The notes under the pieces: model-generated
Told to the model about the DNA's origin: nothing
Seen by the model: the letters and a program-made list of their open reading frames with translations, nothing else
Database searches by the model: none
Shown here: one piece after another, positions 1 to 11,514 of the stretch
Layout: the number at the start of each line of letters is the position of its first letter
How positions within the stretch are numbered: position 1 is the first letter of the stretch
Assembly: GCA_963839135.1 (NCBI GenBank)
Contig: CAWIUA010000013.1
Coordinates: forward strand, 27,360 to 91,359
Direction: 5' to 3'
From: an uncultured Alphaproteobacteria bacterium
Lineage (GTDB): Bacteria; Pseudomonadota; Alphaproteobacteria; Acetobacterales; Acetobacteraceae
DNA: 64,000 nucleotides
Made by a program: the position numbers and the translations under genes

Positions 1-80
1 CCGAGCGGCCAGCTTCCGCGTCACCCGCCGCCATGCGCTCGCGGAGGCGGGTGAGCAATCGGCGGGTGCTGGCCACGGGG

Positions 81-1131
81 CTACGGCCCGGCGGTGACGC
101 GCCGCCGTGTGAGCGCGGCGGCGGCCTGGTCCACGAGCTCCGCAATGATGGCGGCGACGGGCTGGACCGCCGTCACCATGCCAACGCTCTGCCCGGCCAT
201 CACCGAGCCCTGCTCCACGTCGCCCTCGATCACCGCCCGGCGCAGCGCACCGGCCCAGAAATGCTCGATCGCGAGCTGCGCCGCCTCGCGGCTGACATCC
301 CCTGCCTGGAAGCGCCGAATCGTCTCGGCCTGATGCTCCAGGAAATGCCGCGCGCCGGCGTTGGCGAGGCCTCGCACGGGAATGACGGGGAAGCTCGCGT
401 CGAGCTGCACGGAGGGCAGCGCGTCCCGCGCGGCAGCGCGGACGAACGCTTCCTTGAAGCGGGGATGGGCGATGCTCTCCTCCGCCGCGGCGAAGCGCGT
501 GCCGAGCTGCGCACCCGATGCGCCCATCTCCAGGTAGGCGAGGATCGCCTCGCCGCGCCCGATGCCGCCCGCCACGAAGACCGGCACCTCGTCCACGGCG
601 GGCAGGATCTCCTGGGCGAGCACGCCGAGGCTCACGGGACCGATGTGCCCGCCCGCTTCCGATCCCTCGATGACGAGCGCGTCCGCTCCCTGGCGCACGA
701 GCCGGCGGGCGAGGACGAGGGCCGGGGCGAAGCAGATCAGCTTGGCGCCCCCGTCCTTGACGGCGCGCACGGCGGCTGAGGGCGGGAGCCCGCCTGCGAG
801 GACGACATGGCCCACCCCTGACTCTCGGCATACCGCGATCAGATCCATGATCTGAGGATGCATGGTGATGAGATTGACGCCGAACGGCTTGGCGGTGAGC
901 GCCTGGGCGCCGCGTATCTCCGCCGCGAGCTGCTCCGGTCCCATCGAGCCGCAGGCGATGACGCCGAAGCCGCCGGCCTCGCTGATCGCCGCGACCAGGT
1001 GGCGCTCGCTGACCCAGCTCATGGCCCCGCCGAGGATGGCGTAGCGGCAGCCGAGGAAGCGCGCGCCTCGCGCCCAAAGCTGATCGAGCGCCGCATAGGC
1101 CGGCTGGCCCGGCGTCGCCGCGAGGCCGCCC

Positions 1132-1139
<8 letters not shown>
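81..1139 (-). CDS. nitronate monooxygenase / FabK-like FMN oxidoreductase (NMO family)
   Basis: ORF 81..1193(-). NMO-type motifs are present (FGVNLI, VVLAGG, IEGSEAGGHIG, VFVAGGIG). Start trimmed to ATG 1139 (MPEGGLAAT) so it only overlaps the lysC stop by a few nt. Confidence 0.8.
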
Positions 1140-2346
<1,207 letters not shown>

Positions 2347-2430
2347 AGGGTTCCCTCGACCATCCCGGCCGGTTGCGGGCGCACCGGCCGCGGCTCACAT
2401 ACCGGTGCGCCAGAGGGGGGGCAACCCAGC

Positions 2431-3138
2431 ATGGAGGCGACATCGGTGCGCACCGAGGAGGTAGAGCGATTCGACGCGCTCGCCGCGCGCTGGTGGGATC
2501 CCGCGGGACCGATGGCGCCGCTGCACGCCATGAACCCGCTCCGCGTCGGCTGGGTGGACCGCAGGCTGCGGGCACGGTTCGGCGGCCCCGTGCGGCTGCT
2601 CGACGTGGGCTGCGGCGCCGGGCTGGCGGCGGAGATGTTGGCGCAGCTCGGTCATCAGGTTCTGGGCGTGGACGCGGCGGGCGAGGCGGTCGAGGCCGCG
2701 CGGGCGCACGCGGAAGGCGCCGGGCTGCCGCTCGACTATCGGGTGGGCACGGCCGAGGCGTTGGCGGCGGAGGGAGCGCGGTTCCAGGTGGTGACCGCGT
2801 TGGAGGTGATCGAGCACGTTGCCGACCCGGCGGAATTCGTGGCGCTGCTAGCGCGCCTCCTGGAACCGGGCGGGATGCTGTTCATCTCGACGATCAACCG
2901 CACCGCACGCTCGCTCGCTGTGGCGAAGGTTGGCGCCGAATACGTGCTGCGCCTGCTGCCGCGCGGCACCCACGAGTGGCGGCGCTTCGTGACACCGGCC
3001 GAGTTGCAGGGCTACGCGCGGGATGCGGGGCTGCGCTGGCTCGGAGCGAGTGGCATGGTGTTCGACCCCCTCACCCGGCGCTGGCGGATGGGGGACGACT
3101 TGACTGTGAACTACATCGCGGCGATGGCGCGGATCTGA
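2431..3138 (+). CDS. ubiG: bifunctional 2-polyprenyl-6-hydroxyphenol / 3-demethylubiquinol O-methyltransferase
   Basis: In-frame ATG 2431 inside the long ORF 1156..3138. FDALAARWWDP...MNPLR plus SAM motif LLDVGCGAGL. The upstream part of the ORF is the antisense shadow of lysC. Confidence 0.9.
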   Translation: MEATSVRTEEVERFDALAARWWDPAGPMAPLHAMNPLRVGWVDRRLRARFGGPVRLLDVGCGAGLAAEMLAQLGHQVLGVDAAGEAVEAARAHAEGAGLPLDYRVGTAEALAAEGARFQVVTALEVIEHVADPAEFVALLARLLEPGGMLFISTINRTARSLAVAKVGAEYVLRLLPRGTHEWRRFVTPAELQGYARDAGLRWLGASGMVFDPLTRRWRMGDDLTVNYIAAMARI

Positions 3139-3166
3139 CGCGGCTGCGGCAGCCAAGAGCCTCTGG

Positions 3167-4675
3167 TCACGCCGCCGCCTCAGCGCGCTCCAGGGCGGCG
3201 AGCGCCATGATCCGTTCCTCGCTCGCCTCGGCGTGGGAGATCTCTCCGACGAGGCGCCCCTCGCGCATTACCAGGATGCGGTCCGAGATCGTCAGCACCT
3301 CGGGCAGGTCGCTGGAGATCACCAGCACAGCCAAGCCATCCGCCGCCAGCTCGCGCAGCAGCGCGTAGATCTCGGCCTTCGTGCCCACGTCCACGCCGCG
3401 CGTCGGCTCGTCCACGATCAGCACGGTGGGATGCGTCGCCAGCCACTTGGCAAGCACCACCTTCTGCTGGTTGCCGCCAGAGAGATTGCTGACGGCCTGC
3501 TCCAGGCTCGGCGTCTTGATCCGGAAGCGGCTCACGTAGCGGCCCACGAGATCGCGCTCCGCGCCGAAGTCGATCATGCTGGCGCGTGACAGCCGCCGGA
3601 TCGCGGCCAGCGACACGTTCGTTCCCACCCCGAGCATGAGCACGAGGCCCTGTTGCTTCCGGTCCTCCGGAACCAGCCCGATGCCGTGGCGCATGGCGGC
3701 CCGCGGCCGGTCCACGCTGATGGGCTTCCCGTTCAGCAGCACCTCGCCCCGGTCCGGCGGCGGCGCCCCGAACACGCCGAGCGCCACCTCCGACCGCCCG
3801 GCGCCGACCAGCCCGGCCAGGCCCACGATCTCGCCGCGCCTGAGGTCGAAGGACACGTTCCGGTACTGCGGGGCACGGGTGAGGCCGCGCACGGAGAGCA
3901 CGACCGGCTGCTCCTCCGCGCGCGGCGCCACGCGCTCGACGCCCGCGAGGTCCCGCCCGACCATTAGGCGTACGATCTCGTCCTCGCTCGTCCCGGTGAG
4001 CGGCATCGTTCGCACGTGCCGCCCGTCGCGCAACACGGTGACGGTGTCGCAGATCGCGAACACCTCGCGCATCCGGTGGGAGATGTAGAGCATGGTCACG
4101 CCTTCCCGTTTGAGGTCGGCGATGACGCGGAACAGCACGGCCGTCTCCGCTTCCGACAGGCTCGACGTCGGCTCGTCCAGGATCAGCAGTCGGGGGTGGT
4201 GGACGAGGGACTTGCAAATCTCGACGAGCTGCTGCTGCGCGATGGTCAAGTCGCCGACGCGGGTCGCCGGGTCGAGCGCGATCCCGAGCCGAACGAGACC
4301 CTCCTGCGTCTTGGCCCGCATCGCGGCGCGGTCCACGAAGGCGCCGCCCAGCCGCGGCTCCATGCCCAGCAGGACGTTCTCCGCGATGGACAGATTCGCG
4401 GCCAGGTTCAGCTCCTGGAACACGATGGCGATGCCCTTGCGGTTGGCGTCGCGCGTCCCGCTCAGGTGCAGCGTCTCGCCCTCGAACACGAGGCTGCCGC
4501 CCGGATCGGGCCGCTGCACGCCCGCGATGATTTGCATCAACGTGGACTTGCCGGCACCGTTCTCGCCCATCACGGCGTGCACGGTGCCGGCCTCCACGTC
4601 GAATGAGACGTTCTGCAGCGCCTTCACGCCGGGGAACGTCTTGGAGGCGGACTCGATGCGGAGCAGGGTCGCCAT
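3167..4675 (-). CDS. sugar ABC transporter ATP-binding protein (two ABC domains, RbsA/MglA-like)
   Basis: 502 aa with Walker A GENGAGKST and a second GLVGAGRSE. LSGGNQQK signature present. Confidence 0.9.
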   Translation of the reverse strand: MATLLRIESASKTFPGVKALQNVSFDVEAGTVHAVMGENGAGKSTLMQIIAGVQRPDPGGSLVFEGETLHLSGTRDANRKGIAIVFQELNLAANLSIAENVLLGMEPRLGGAFVDRAAMRAKTQEGLVRLGIALDPATRVGDLTIAQQQLVEICKSLVHHPRLLILDEPTSSLSEAETAVLFRVIADLKREGVTMLYISHRMREVFAICDTVTVLRDGRHVRTMPLTGTSEDEIVRLMVGRDLAGVERVAPRAEEQPVVLSVRGLTRAPQYRNVSFDLRRGEIVGLAGLVGAGRSEVALGVFGAPPPDRGEVLLNGKPISVDRPRAAMRHGIGLVPEDRKQQGLVLMLGVGTNVSLAAIRRLSRASMIDFGAERDLVGRYVSRFRIKTPSLEQAVSNLSGGNQQKVVLAKWLATHPTVLIVDEPTRGVDVGTKAEIYALLRELAADGLAVLVISSDLPEVLTISDRILVMREGRLVGEISHAEASEERIMALAALERAEAAA

Positions 4676-4702
4676 AGCGCGCCTCCCTTGTCGCCGCTAT
4701 GG

Positions 4703-5629
4703 CTACTTCTTCAGGAACTGGTCCACGTTCTTCGCGTCCACCAGGTCCACGCCCGTGTCCACGACCGGCGGCACGCTCTGCTTATCCGACAGCTTGTTGA
4801 GCACCTCCATGGATTGAACACCCATGGCGAACGGCCGCTGGCCGACCAGGGCCGTGGCGAGGCCTTCCTTGAGCAGCCGGAGCTGCGGCTCCTGCACGTC
4901 GAAGGAGACGACGACGAACTTGCCGTTCTTGATCTGGTCCGCGCGCGAGCGCAGCGCCCGGCTGTAAGCCTCCGGCGCGAACATCGGCCAGCCGCCCGAG
5001 AAGAAGAAGCCGGAGATGTTCGGGTTCTTCGCCAGGACATCCTGGATGTTCTGGATGGCGCGGCTGGAATCGTCATCGCACGGGAACGGCGACCCCGAGA
5101 CCTCCTTGAAGCCGCTGCCGATGGCCTCGCGGAAGCCCTTGATCCGGTCGTTCAGGTTATCGGCGGCCAGCCCCCCGGTGATGATCGCGTAGGTTCCCCC
5201 GTTCGGCAGCGCGGCCTTGAACGCCTTGCCGCCCAGCTCGCCGCCCTGCAGGTTGTTCGTGCCGACGAAGCTGGTCCGCTTGGATTTCGGCGCGTCGGAG
5301 TCGAAGGTGATGACGGGGATTCCCTTCTTCTGCGCCGCGACGATGACGGAGGCGACGGATTCCGGGTTGTTGGGCGCTACCGCGATGCCGGACACGCCGC
5401 GGGTGATCAGGTCGCGCATGACCTGCACCTGCTGCGCCTCGTCCACCTGCGTCGGCCCGGTGAACAGGCACTCGACGCCGAGCTTCTTCGCCTCGTCCTT
5501 GCAGCCCGCCTCGACGTCCGCGTAGAACGGCACACCGACCAGCTTGGGCACCATGGCGAAAACCTTGGTCTTCTCCGCGGCCGACGGCCCGGCGCCCAGG
5601 GCGCCGATCAGGGCGCAGAGCGCCTCCAA
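4703..5629 (-). CDS. sugar ABC transporter periplasmic substrate-binding protein
   Basis: RbsB-like SBP sequence (FAMVPKLVGVPFY..., NDRIKGF). As given it starts at TTG 5629. A better signal peptide (MTRRMLLGTASAL...) lies in another frame from ATG 5666, suggesting a 1-nt indel near 5627. Confidence 0.8.
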   Translation of the reverse strand: MEALCALIGALGAGPSAAEKTKVFAMVPKLVGVPFYADVEAGCKDEAKKLGVECLFTGPTQVDEAQQVQVMRDLITRGVSGIAVAPNNPESVASVIVAAQKKGIPVITFDSDAPKSKRTSFVGTNNLQGGELGGKAFKAALPNGGTYAIITGGLAADNLNDRIKGFREAIGSGFKEVSGSPFPCDDDSSRAIQNIQDVLAKNPNISGFFFSGGWPMFAPEAYSRALRSRADQIKNGKFVVVSFDVQEPQLRLLKEGLATALVGQRPFAMGVQSMEVLNKLSDKQSVPPVVDTGVDLVDAKNVDQFLKK

Positions 5630-5717
5630 GGGCGCTCGCCGTGCCCAGCAGCATCCTACGCGTCATCGCTCTTCCCCCTCGTTGGTTATCGTTGCACTCA
5701 CGCGCCGGGCCAGCGGC

Positions 5718-6716
5718 TCAGCGTCGCCACAGGCCCTTGCGCAACTGATCTATGAACACGGCGACGATGATGACGAAGCCGACGAAGATGCCCTGCCAGT
5801 AGGCATCGGTGCCGAGCAGCACGAGGCCGTTGCGCAGCACCTCCAGGATCACCGTGCCGATGAAGATCCCCAGCACCGTGCCCTCGCCGCCCGTGAGCGC
5901 CGTGCCGCCGATCACCGCCGCCGCGATGACGCTCAGCTCCTTGCCGAGACCCTGGTTCGCGATGGCGGACGACAGGTAGCTCACCTCGACGATACCGGCG
6001 ATGCCGCCGGTGACGGCCGAGATGACATAGACGGCGACCTTGAGCCGATCCACCTCCAGCCCGCTCAGCCGCGCCGCCTTCTCGTTGCCGCCGATGGCGT
6101 AGAGCTGACGGCCGAACACAGTCCGGTCGAGGACGATCCAGGCGATGGCGATCATCACCAGGAAGAGGATGAACGGGTTCGGCAGGCCGAAGGTGTTGCC
6201 GCCGCCCAGCGCGAAGAAGGGATCGCCGTCGGGGCGGAAATCGTTGATTGAGCGGCCGCGGGTGATCACCAGCGCCAAGGCGCGGGCGATGCTCATGGTG
6301 GCCAGCGTCGGCACGAAGGGTGGCATGCGCAGCTTCGTCACGCACAAGCCGTTGAACAGGCCGAACAGCGCCGCGATGCCGAGGCCGGCGGCGACCGCGA
6401 GCCACGTCGGCCAGCCGAGACCCATCAGGGCGGCGGTTGAAACAGCGGTGACACCCCAGATGCTGCCGACGGAGAGGTCAATACCGCCGGTGATCATCAC
6501 CATCGCCTCGCCGATGACGACTATGCCGACGAACGAGAAATTCCGAGCGTCGTTCAGCAGGTTGTCGGTCGAGCGGAACTCGGGCGCCGCGAACGCGAGC
6601 ACGGCGACCATGATAACGAGGGCCACGATGATGCCGGCCTCGCGCGACCGCAGGAGGCGAGCGCCGACCGAGGCGCCGGGCGCTACGAGCACACTGTCCT
6701 TGGATGCCGTCGCCAT
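5718..6716 (-). CDS. sugar ABC transporter permease (RbsC-like)
   Basis: 332-aa polytopic membrane ORF (ITGGIDLSVGS motif), first gene of the permease-SBP-ATPase operon. Confidence 0.9.
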   Translation of the reverse strand: MATASKDSVLVAPGASVGARLLRSREAGIIVALVIMVAVLAFAAPEFRSTDNLLNDARNFSFVGIVVIGEAMVMITGGIDLSVGSIWGVTAVSTAALMGLGWPTWLAVAAGLGIAALFGLFNGLCVTKLRMPPFVPTLATMSIARALALVITRGRSINDFRPDGDPFFALGGGNTFGLPNPFILFLVMIAIAWIVLDRTVFGRQLYAIGGNEKAARLSGLEVDRLKVAVYVISAVTGGIAGIVEVSYLSSAIANQGLGKELSVIAAAVIGGTALTGGEGTVLGIFIGTVILEVLRNGLVLLGTDAYWQGIFVGFVIIVAVFIDQLRKGLWRR

Positions 6717-6748
6717 CTCATTCTCCGCCCCGACGGTGGAACAGGAAG

Positions 6749-6764
6749 GCGCTCAGCTGAGCGC
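6749..6764. promoter_or_regulatory. perfect 16-bp palindrome GCGCTCAGCTGAGCGC upstream of the ABC operon (possible operator or 5' hairpin)
   Basis: Read directly. It lies about 33 nt upstream of the permease start codon. Function not established. Confidence 0.25.
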
Positions 6765-7016
6765 TGACGGACTCAACCCGGCGTGGCAGCATCCGCCCTG
6801 GCTCGGCGCCTCCCGCCGCAGACCGGCTGGATGCTGCACACGTTTAGCCGCGCGCTCTCGGTCCATCCGCTTCCCCCACGCGTATCTTAACTGATTGCTG
6901 TGCAACCGTACACGAGTAGCCTTCGACAATGACCGATTCACTTGGGATGGGCAACAACTCTGTGCCGCGGCACAGGCCGCATCGTCCGGAACGCTGGAGC
7001 TGCGCGAGTTCGAGCC

Positions 7017-7856
7017 CTATGCTGCCCGGCGCGGCGCGTCCCAGCGCGGTGCCCAGCTCGGGCTGACGAACCGCTCGCCTTTCGGAAGCAGCGCGATGGT
7101 GGCGCGATCCTCGTCATCGAGCTGGATGCTCAGCGCCTCCAGGTTCGCCCGCTGGCTCTCGGCGCGTGCGGCCTTGGGGATGGCGGCGACGCCGGGCTGT
7201 TCCAGGAGCCACGCGAGCGCTATCTGGGACGGCATTGCGCCGTGCTTCCGGGCGATGGCGGCGAGCGCTGGCTCGTCCGCGAGCCGCCCCTGGGCCAGCG
7301 GAGAGTAAGCCGTCACCGCCATGTCGTGCGCGCGGGCGTAGTCCAGCACCGCGGACTGGTCGAGCAGGGCGTGATACTCGACCTGGTTGCAGGCGACCGG
7401 AGCGCCGACCTCCTCCACGGCCAGGCGCAGCAGCGCCACGGGGAAGTTCGAGACGCCGATGGCGCGAGCCAGTCCTTGCTCCTTGAGCGCCGTCAGCGTC
7501 TCCAGCGCGGCCGGCAGGTGGTCCGCGCCGGGCGGCGGCCAGTGGATCAGGTAGAGGTCCACGTAGGGCGTCGCGAGCCGGTCCAGCGAGCGGCCCAGCG
7601 CATCACGCATGGCGCCGGGCGCCAAGTGGTCATACCAGACCTTCGTGGTGAGGTGCACTTCCGACCGCAGCACCGCCGACGAGGCCAGCCCGGCGCCGAC
7701 CGCTTCCTCGTTGCCATACATCTCGGCCGTGTCGAGGTGCCGATACCCGAGCGCCAGCGCGCGCTCGACCGCGACCTGGCAATCGCGGCCCGACATCCGC
7801 CAGGTGCCGAGGCCGAGCTTGGGCATCCGCAAGCCGTTCGCGGTGATCGGCTCCAT
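7017..7856 (-). CDS. aldo/keto reductase (DkgA/B-like)
   Basis: 279 aa. LGLGTW, GYRHLDTAEMYGNE and IHWP motifs of the AKR family. Confidence 0.9.
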   Translation of the reverse strand: MEPITANGLRMPKLGLGTWRMSGRDCQVAVERALALGYRHLDTAEMYGNEEAVGAGLASSAVLRSEVHLTTKVWYDHLAPGAMRDALGRSLDRLATPYVDLYLIHWPPPGADHLPAALETLTALKEQGLARAIGVSNFPVALLRLAVEEVGAPVACNQVEYHALLDQSAVLDYARAHDMAVTAYSPLAQGRLADEPALAAIARKHGAMPSQIALAWLLEQPGVAAIPKAARAESQRANLEALSIQLDDEDRATIALLPKGERFVSPSWAPRWDAPRRAA

Positions 7857-7867
7857 GGGTGTTTCCC

Positions 7868-8908
7868 CTATCGCTTGCCTAGATCGAGAAGCGCGGCGAA
7901 GCCTTCCTCGGTTCCAAGGACGAGGGCGTTGCCGTCCGCGCTCCAGGCGAGCGCCGTCACCGCGCCCTGGCCAGGAGGTGCTATGGGCAGGACGCGCTCG
8001 CTCGCCACGTCGGCCAGCACCACCAGCCCGTCCGAGAACCCGGCGGCGACCATGTCCTGCTGCGGATGGAACGCGACGCGCGCGCAGAGCACGCCATCGC
8101 CGCTCGCCAGCTCCACCGGCGGCTTGCCCATAGGGCCGCCGCCGAAGAACGGCCAGAGCACCACGCTGTCAGCGCCCGACGAGGCGAGCCACTTGCCCGT
8201 GCGATTGAAGGAGAGTGATTCGGTCTTCGCCGGATATCCGCTCATCCGCATGTGCTGCCCGTCTGAGAGCCGCCAACCGTGCAGCGCGTTCTCCTGCATG
8301 GCAGTCACGGCCGCCTCGCCGCCGGGATGGATCGCGATCCCCGTGTGGCTGCCCTTCCACTCCAGGACGCGCGGCTTGTCTTCCTTTGCGCCCACGAACC
8401 AGAGGCTCGCCCCGTTGTAGTGGGACGCGCCGAGGCGCTTGCCCTTGGCGTCGAAGGCGAGGCCGGTGACGGTGCTGGGATGGGTGAGCTGCTTGAGTTG
8501 CTGGAGGCTGCCCGCGTCGAACACGTGCGCCTGCTTTCCGGCGGCGCAGGCAAGCAGGCCGCCCTTCCCGTCGCCGTAGGTCGCCGCCTGCTCGACCCAG
8601 CGCCCGCCGAGCCTGGCGATCTCCTGCACTGAGCCGTCCGGCGCCACCCGGCAGAAGCGGCCGTCGTCGCCACCGGTCACGAACCCGCCCGGCGCCTCCG
8701 CGAAGGCAAGCACCGCGCCCTCGTGGACGGAAACCTGCCGCCACTCGTTGCTCGCGGGCGCGAGCAGCCGCACCGTCCCGTCCCCGAGCGCGAACGCGGC
8801 CGGGCCGCCCGCCCGGCGCGCTGCGGCGGCGCCGACGACGTAGGCACCCAGGTTCGCGGTCGTGCCGCGCTCAGTGAGCAGAAAGCGCGGCGGCAGGGTC
8901 GCGCTCAA
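7868..8908 (-). CDS. WD40/beta-propeller repeat protein
   Basis: 346 aa with repeated G-x-V..LA(W/F)S.DG-type blades. TTG start overlaps the stop of the upstream G3E GTPase. Confidence 0.72.
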   Translation of the reverse strand: MSATLPPRFLLTERGTTANLGAYVVGAAAARRAGGPAAFALGDGTVRLLAPASNEWRQVSVHEGAVLAFAEAPGGFVTGGDDGRFCRVAPDGSVQEIARLGGRWVEQAATYGDGKGGLLACAAGKQAHVFDAGSLQQLKQLTHPSTVTGLAFDAKGKRLGASHYNGASLWFVGAKEDKPRVLEWKGSHTGIAIHPGGEAAVTAMQENALHGWRLSDGQHMRMSGYPAKTESLSFNRTGKWLASSGADSVVLWPFFGGGPMGKPPVELASGDGVLCARVAFHPQQDMVAAGFSDGLVVLADVASERVLPIAPPGQGAVTALAWSADGNALVLGTEEGFAALLDLGKR

Positions 8909-9927
8909 CTCACCGTCCCTTGGGCAATCCCTTCAGCCACCTGGCACGCCTCGAAGCCGCGGCGCAGCTTGGGGCGATTGAGGTTGCGCCCGATGAACAC
9001 GATGCGCGAGGTGCGCGGTTGCCCCTCGGGCCAGCGCCCGACGAACCCGCCGTCCGCGATCATGTGGACCGCCTGGAACGCGAAGCGCCGGTCCTCCTTC
9101 GGATACGCCAGGATGCCCTTCGTGCGCAGCAGGTCCTGTCCGTGCTCGGCGAGGAGCTGGCTCATCCAGGCGTTGAACCGCTCAGGGTCGATGGGACGCG
9201 CTACCTCGAAGCTCACGCTGCGCACCTCGTCCCCGTGCTCGTGCGCGTCGTCGGTCAGGAAGTCGGGCTCGCGCTCCAGCACACGCTCCAGGCTGAACGC
9301 GCCGAGGCCCAGCAGCTCGTCCACGGGCACGTCGCCGCGCGTCGCATGATGGATGCGCGCGGTCGGGTTGATCTCGCGGATGCGCGCCTCGACGCGCTCA
9401 AGCTCCTCGGGCGAAACCAGGTCGAGCTTGTTGAGCACGATCACGTCCGCGAACGCGACCTGGTCTGCCGCCTCGTGGCTGTCCTCCAGGCGCGCGAGCA
9501 GGTGCTTCGCGTCCACGACGGTCACGATGGCGTCGAGCCGGGCCTTCTCGCGCACGGTGTCGTCCACGAAGAACGTCTGGGCGACGGGCGCCGGGTTGGC
9601 GAGGCCGGTGGTCTCGACGATGATGCCGTCGAACTTGGCTGAGCGCTTCATCAGGCCGCCGACGATGCGGATGAGGTCGCCGCGCACGGTGCAGCAGACG
9701 CAGCCGTTGTTCATCTCGAACACTTCCTCGTCGGCGTCCACCACGAGGTCGTTGTCCACGCCCAGCTCACCGAACTCGTTGATAACGACGGCGTATTTCT
9801 TGCCGTGGTTCTCAGAAAGGATGCGGTTGAGCAGCGTGGTCTTGCCGGCGCCGAGGTAGCCGGTCAGCACGGTGACGGGAACTTGGCCCGTGGCGGAAGC
9901 CACGGGACCCTGAGGATTTTCAGACAC
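8905..9927 (-). CDS. G3E-family (CobW/ZigA/YjiA-like) GTPase metallochaperone
   Basis: GTG 9927 preceded by GGAGA. P-loop LTGYLGAGKTTLLN, CxCC motif (NGCVCCTV) and CobW C-terminal domain. Confidence 0.88.
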   Translation of the reverse strand: MSENPQGPVASATGQVPVTVLTGYLGAGKTTLLNRILSENHGKKYAVVINEFGELGVDNDLVVDADEEVFEMNNGCVCCTVRGDLIRIVGGLMKRSAKFDGIIVETTGLANPAPVAQTFFVDDTVREKARLDAIVTVVDAKHLLARLEDSHEAADQVAFADVIVLNKLDLVSPEELERVEARIREINPTARIHHATRGDVPVDELLGLGAFSLERVLEREPDFLTDDAHEHGDEVRSVSFEVARPIDPERFNAWMSQLLAEHGQDLLRTKGILAYPKEDRRFAFQAVHMIADGGFVGRWPEGQPRTSRIVFIGRNLNRPKLRRGFEACQVAEGIAQGTVS

Positions 9928-11211
9928 GGGCGGTCTCCAATGCGCTTTGCCCCGCGATATAGGCGCGCGTCTCGGCCAGCCCCAGCCCCAGAAGCAGGAA
10001 GAACCAGCCCGACAAGGGCATCGACTCGAAGCTGCTGCTGCTGGCGATGGGCCACTCGTGCAGGAGTGCCGCGACGAAGAGCGCGACGCGGAGCGGCTGG
10101 GGATCGCGCAGCAGGCCGGGCAGAAGCGCCGCCCACCAGGCCGCGACAAGCGCGCAGAACAGCACTAAGCCCGGCAGCCCGCTCTCCACGTAGGCTTGCA
10201 GGTAATGGTTGTGCGGGTGCTGGACACAGATCAGGGTGCCGCCGCCGTCACGGAAAGGACTGCCGCGCCACCCGCGGAAATATGCGGGATCCTTGCATGC
10301 GTCGCGGAAGCCGTCGAAGCCGCGGCCCATGACCGGGTGCGCGTCGCCGATCGCCAGCGCCCGCGCGAGAATGAGGCCGTAGGGACTGTCCCGGAAGTGC
10401 TCCATTTGGTAGGAGAATTTCTGCACTTGCCTGTGGAACGCGGGCGGCGAGACGATCCGGCTCACCGCGAGCAGCAGCAGGGCGCCGACTAGCGCCATCA
10501 GCACCGGACCGCGCAGCCGCGGCATGAACAGCGCCGTCACGAACAAGCCGAGCACGGTGAGCAGGAACGGGATGCGCTGCCCGGTCAGCAGCATCAGCGC
10601 GACCCCCGCAAGCAGCGCCAGCGCTCCCCAGAGCGGCTGCCAGCCGGCGCCCGACGTCCATCGCGAGACCGGCGGCAGCAGCGCCGGGAAGAAGAGCCGC
10701 GACAGGATCGGTCCGGCGCGCGGCTCGCGGTAGGGTCCGGTCAGCTCGCCGTCCGGCCCCCGCGGCCAGCCGTAGAGGTCGCGCCCCGTCGCGAACTGCA
10801 CCGCGGATTGCAGCGCGATGTAGAGGAAGGCTGCGCGGACCAGCCACGCGAGCCAGCGCCTCACGACACGTCGCGCAGCGCCCAACTTTCCAGCGCCGCG
10901 ATCAGCAGAAGAACCGGACGATCAGGAGGGCTTGGACGAGTTGCCCAGCGGCCCAGCGCGCGCTGCAAAGGACGAGCCACGCCCACCAGAGCAGCCCGAC
11001 CCGCACCCAGGTACGGCGCAGCCATGCCCAATCGCTTGCGCGCGTGCTGTGGGCGAGGAACAGGATATCGAGCGGCGCCGATGATCGCGTCCGCGACGCC
11101 GTGCCCGTGCAGCAGGAAGATCGGCAGGATGAGCGCGAGCGCCGCTCCGGCTTGAGCGAGGCGCTCGGGGTCATCAAGCCGCAGCGATGATCTTAGCTCC
11201 TGTCCCGTCAT
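9920..11211 (-). pseudogene. O-antigen ligase (Wzy_C/RfaL-like) family membrane protein, split over three frames as sequenced
   Basis: N-terminus (ATG 11211, ...LALILPIFLLHGHGVADAI) sits in the frame of ORF 10861..11334. The next TM segment is in ORF 10902..11177. The main body is ORF 9920..10885 (PHNHYLQ...GLPG motif). Frame changes are near 11.07 kb and 10.9 kb. Confidence 0.65.
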
Positions 11212-11514
11212 GGCTTGACCTGTCTCAGGGCAGTTCGGCCCCTGTTCCGCACGTTCTGCTCCTGTGCTCTGCACAGCATAGCCTGCTCCTGCCATTGGGG
11301 GACGAGTTGCCCACCATACCGCCCGTCGGGACAACTTGCCGACCTGCTGCGGAGCAGCCCGATAGCTGACCCGTCGCCCTCATCGCGGAACGCGAAACTA
11401 CCGTTGCAGGATCGATAGAAGAGGGTTAACGTGCGCGAATCCGGTCGGCTTCAGTCAGATCGATCTGGCCGTGGCGGCCGATGTTGCCGCAGACTCGGAA
11501 AAGAGGATCGTGTC

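Noticed and set aside
6960-6975. 16-bp palindrome CTGTGCCGCGGCACAG about 40 nt downstream of the aldo/keto reductase, as a terminator.
   Set aside because: The stem is only 6 bp with a 4-nt loop and no U-tract. It is plausible but too weak to list as a feature.
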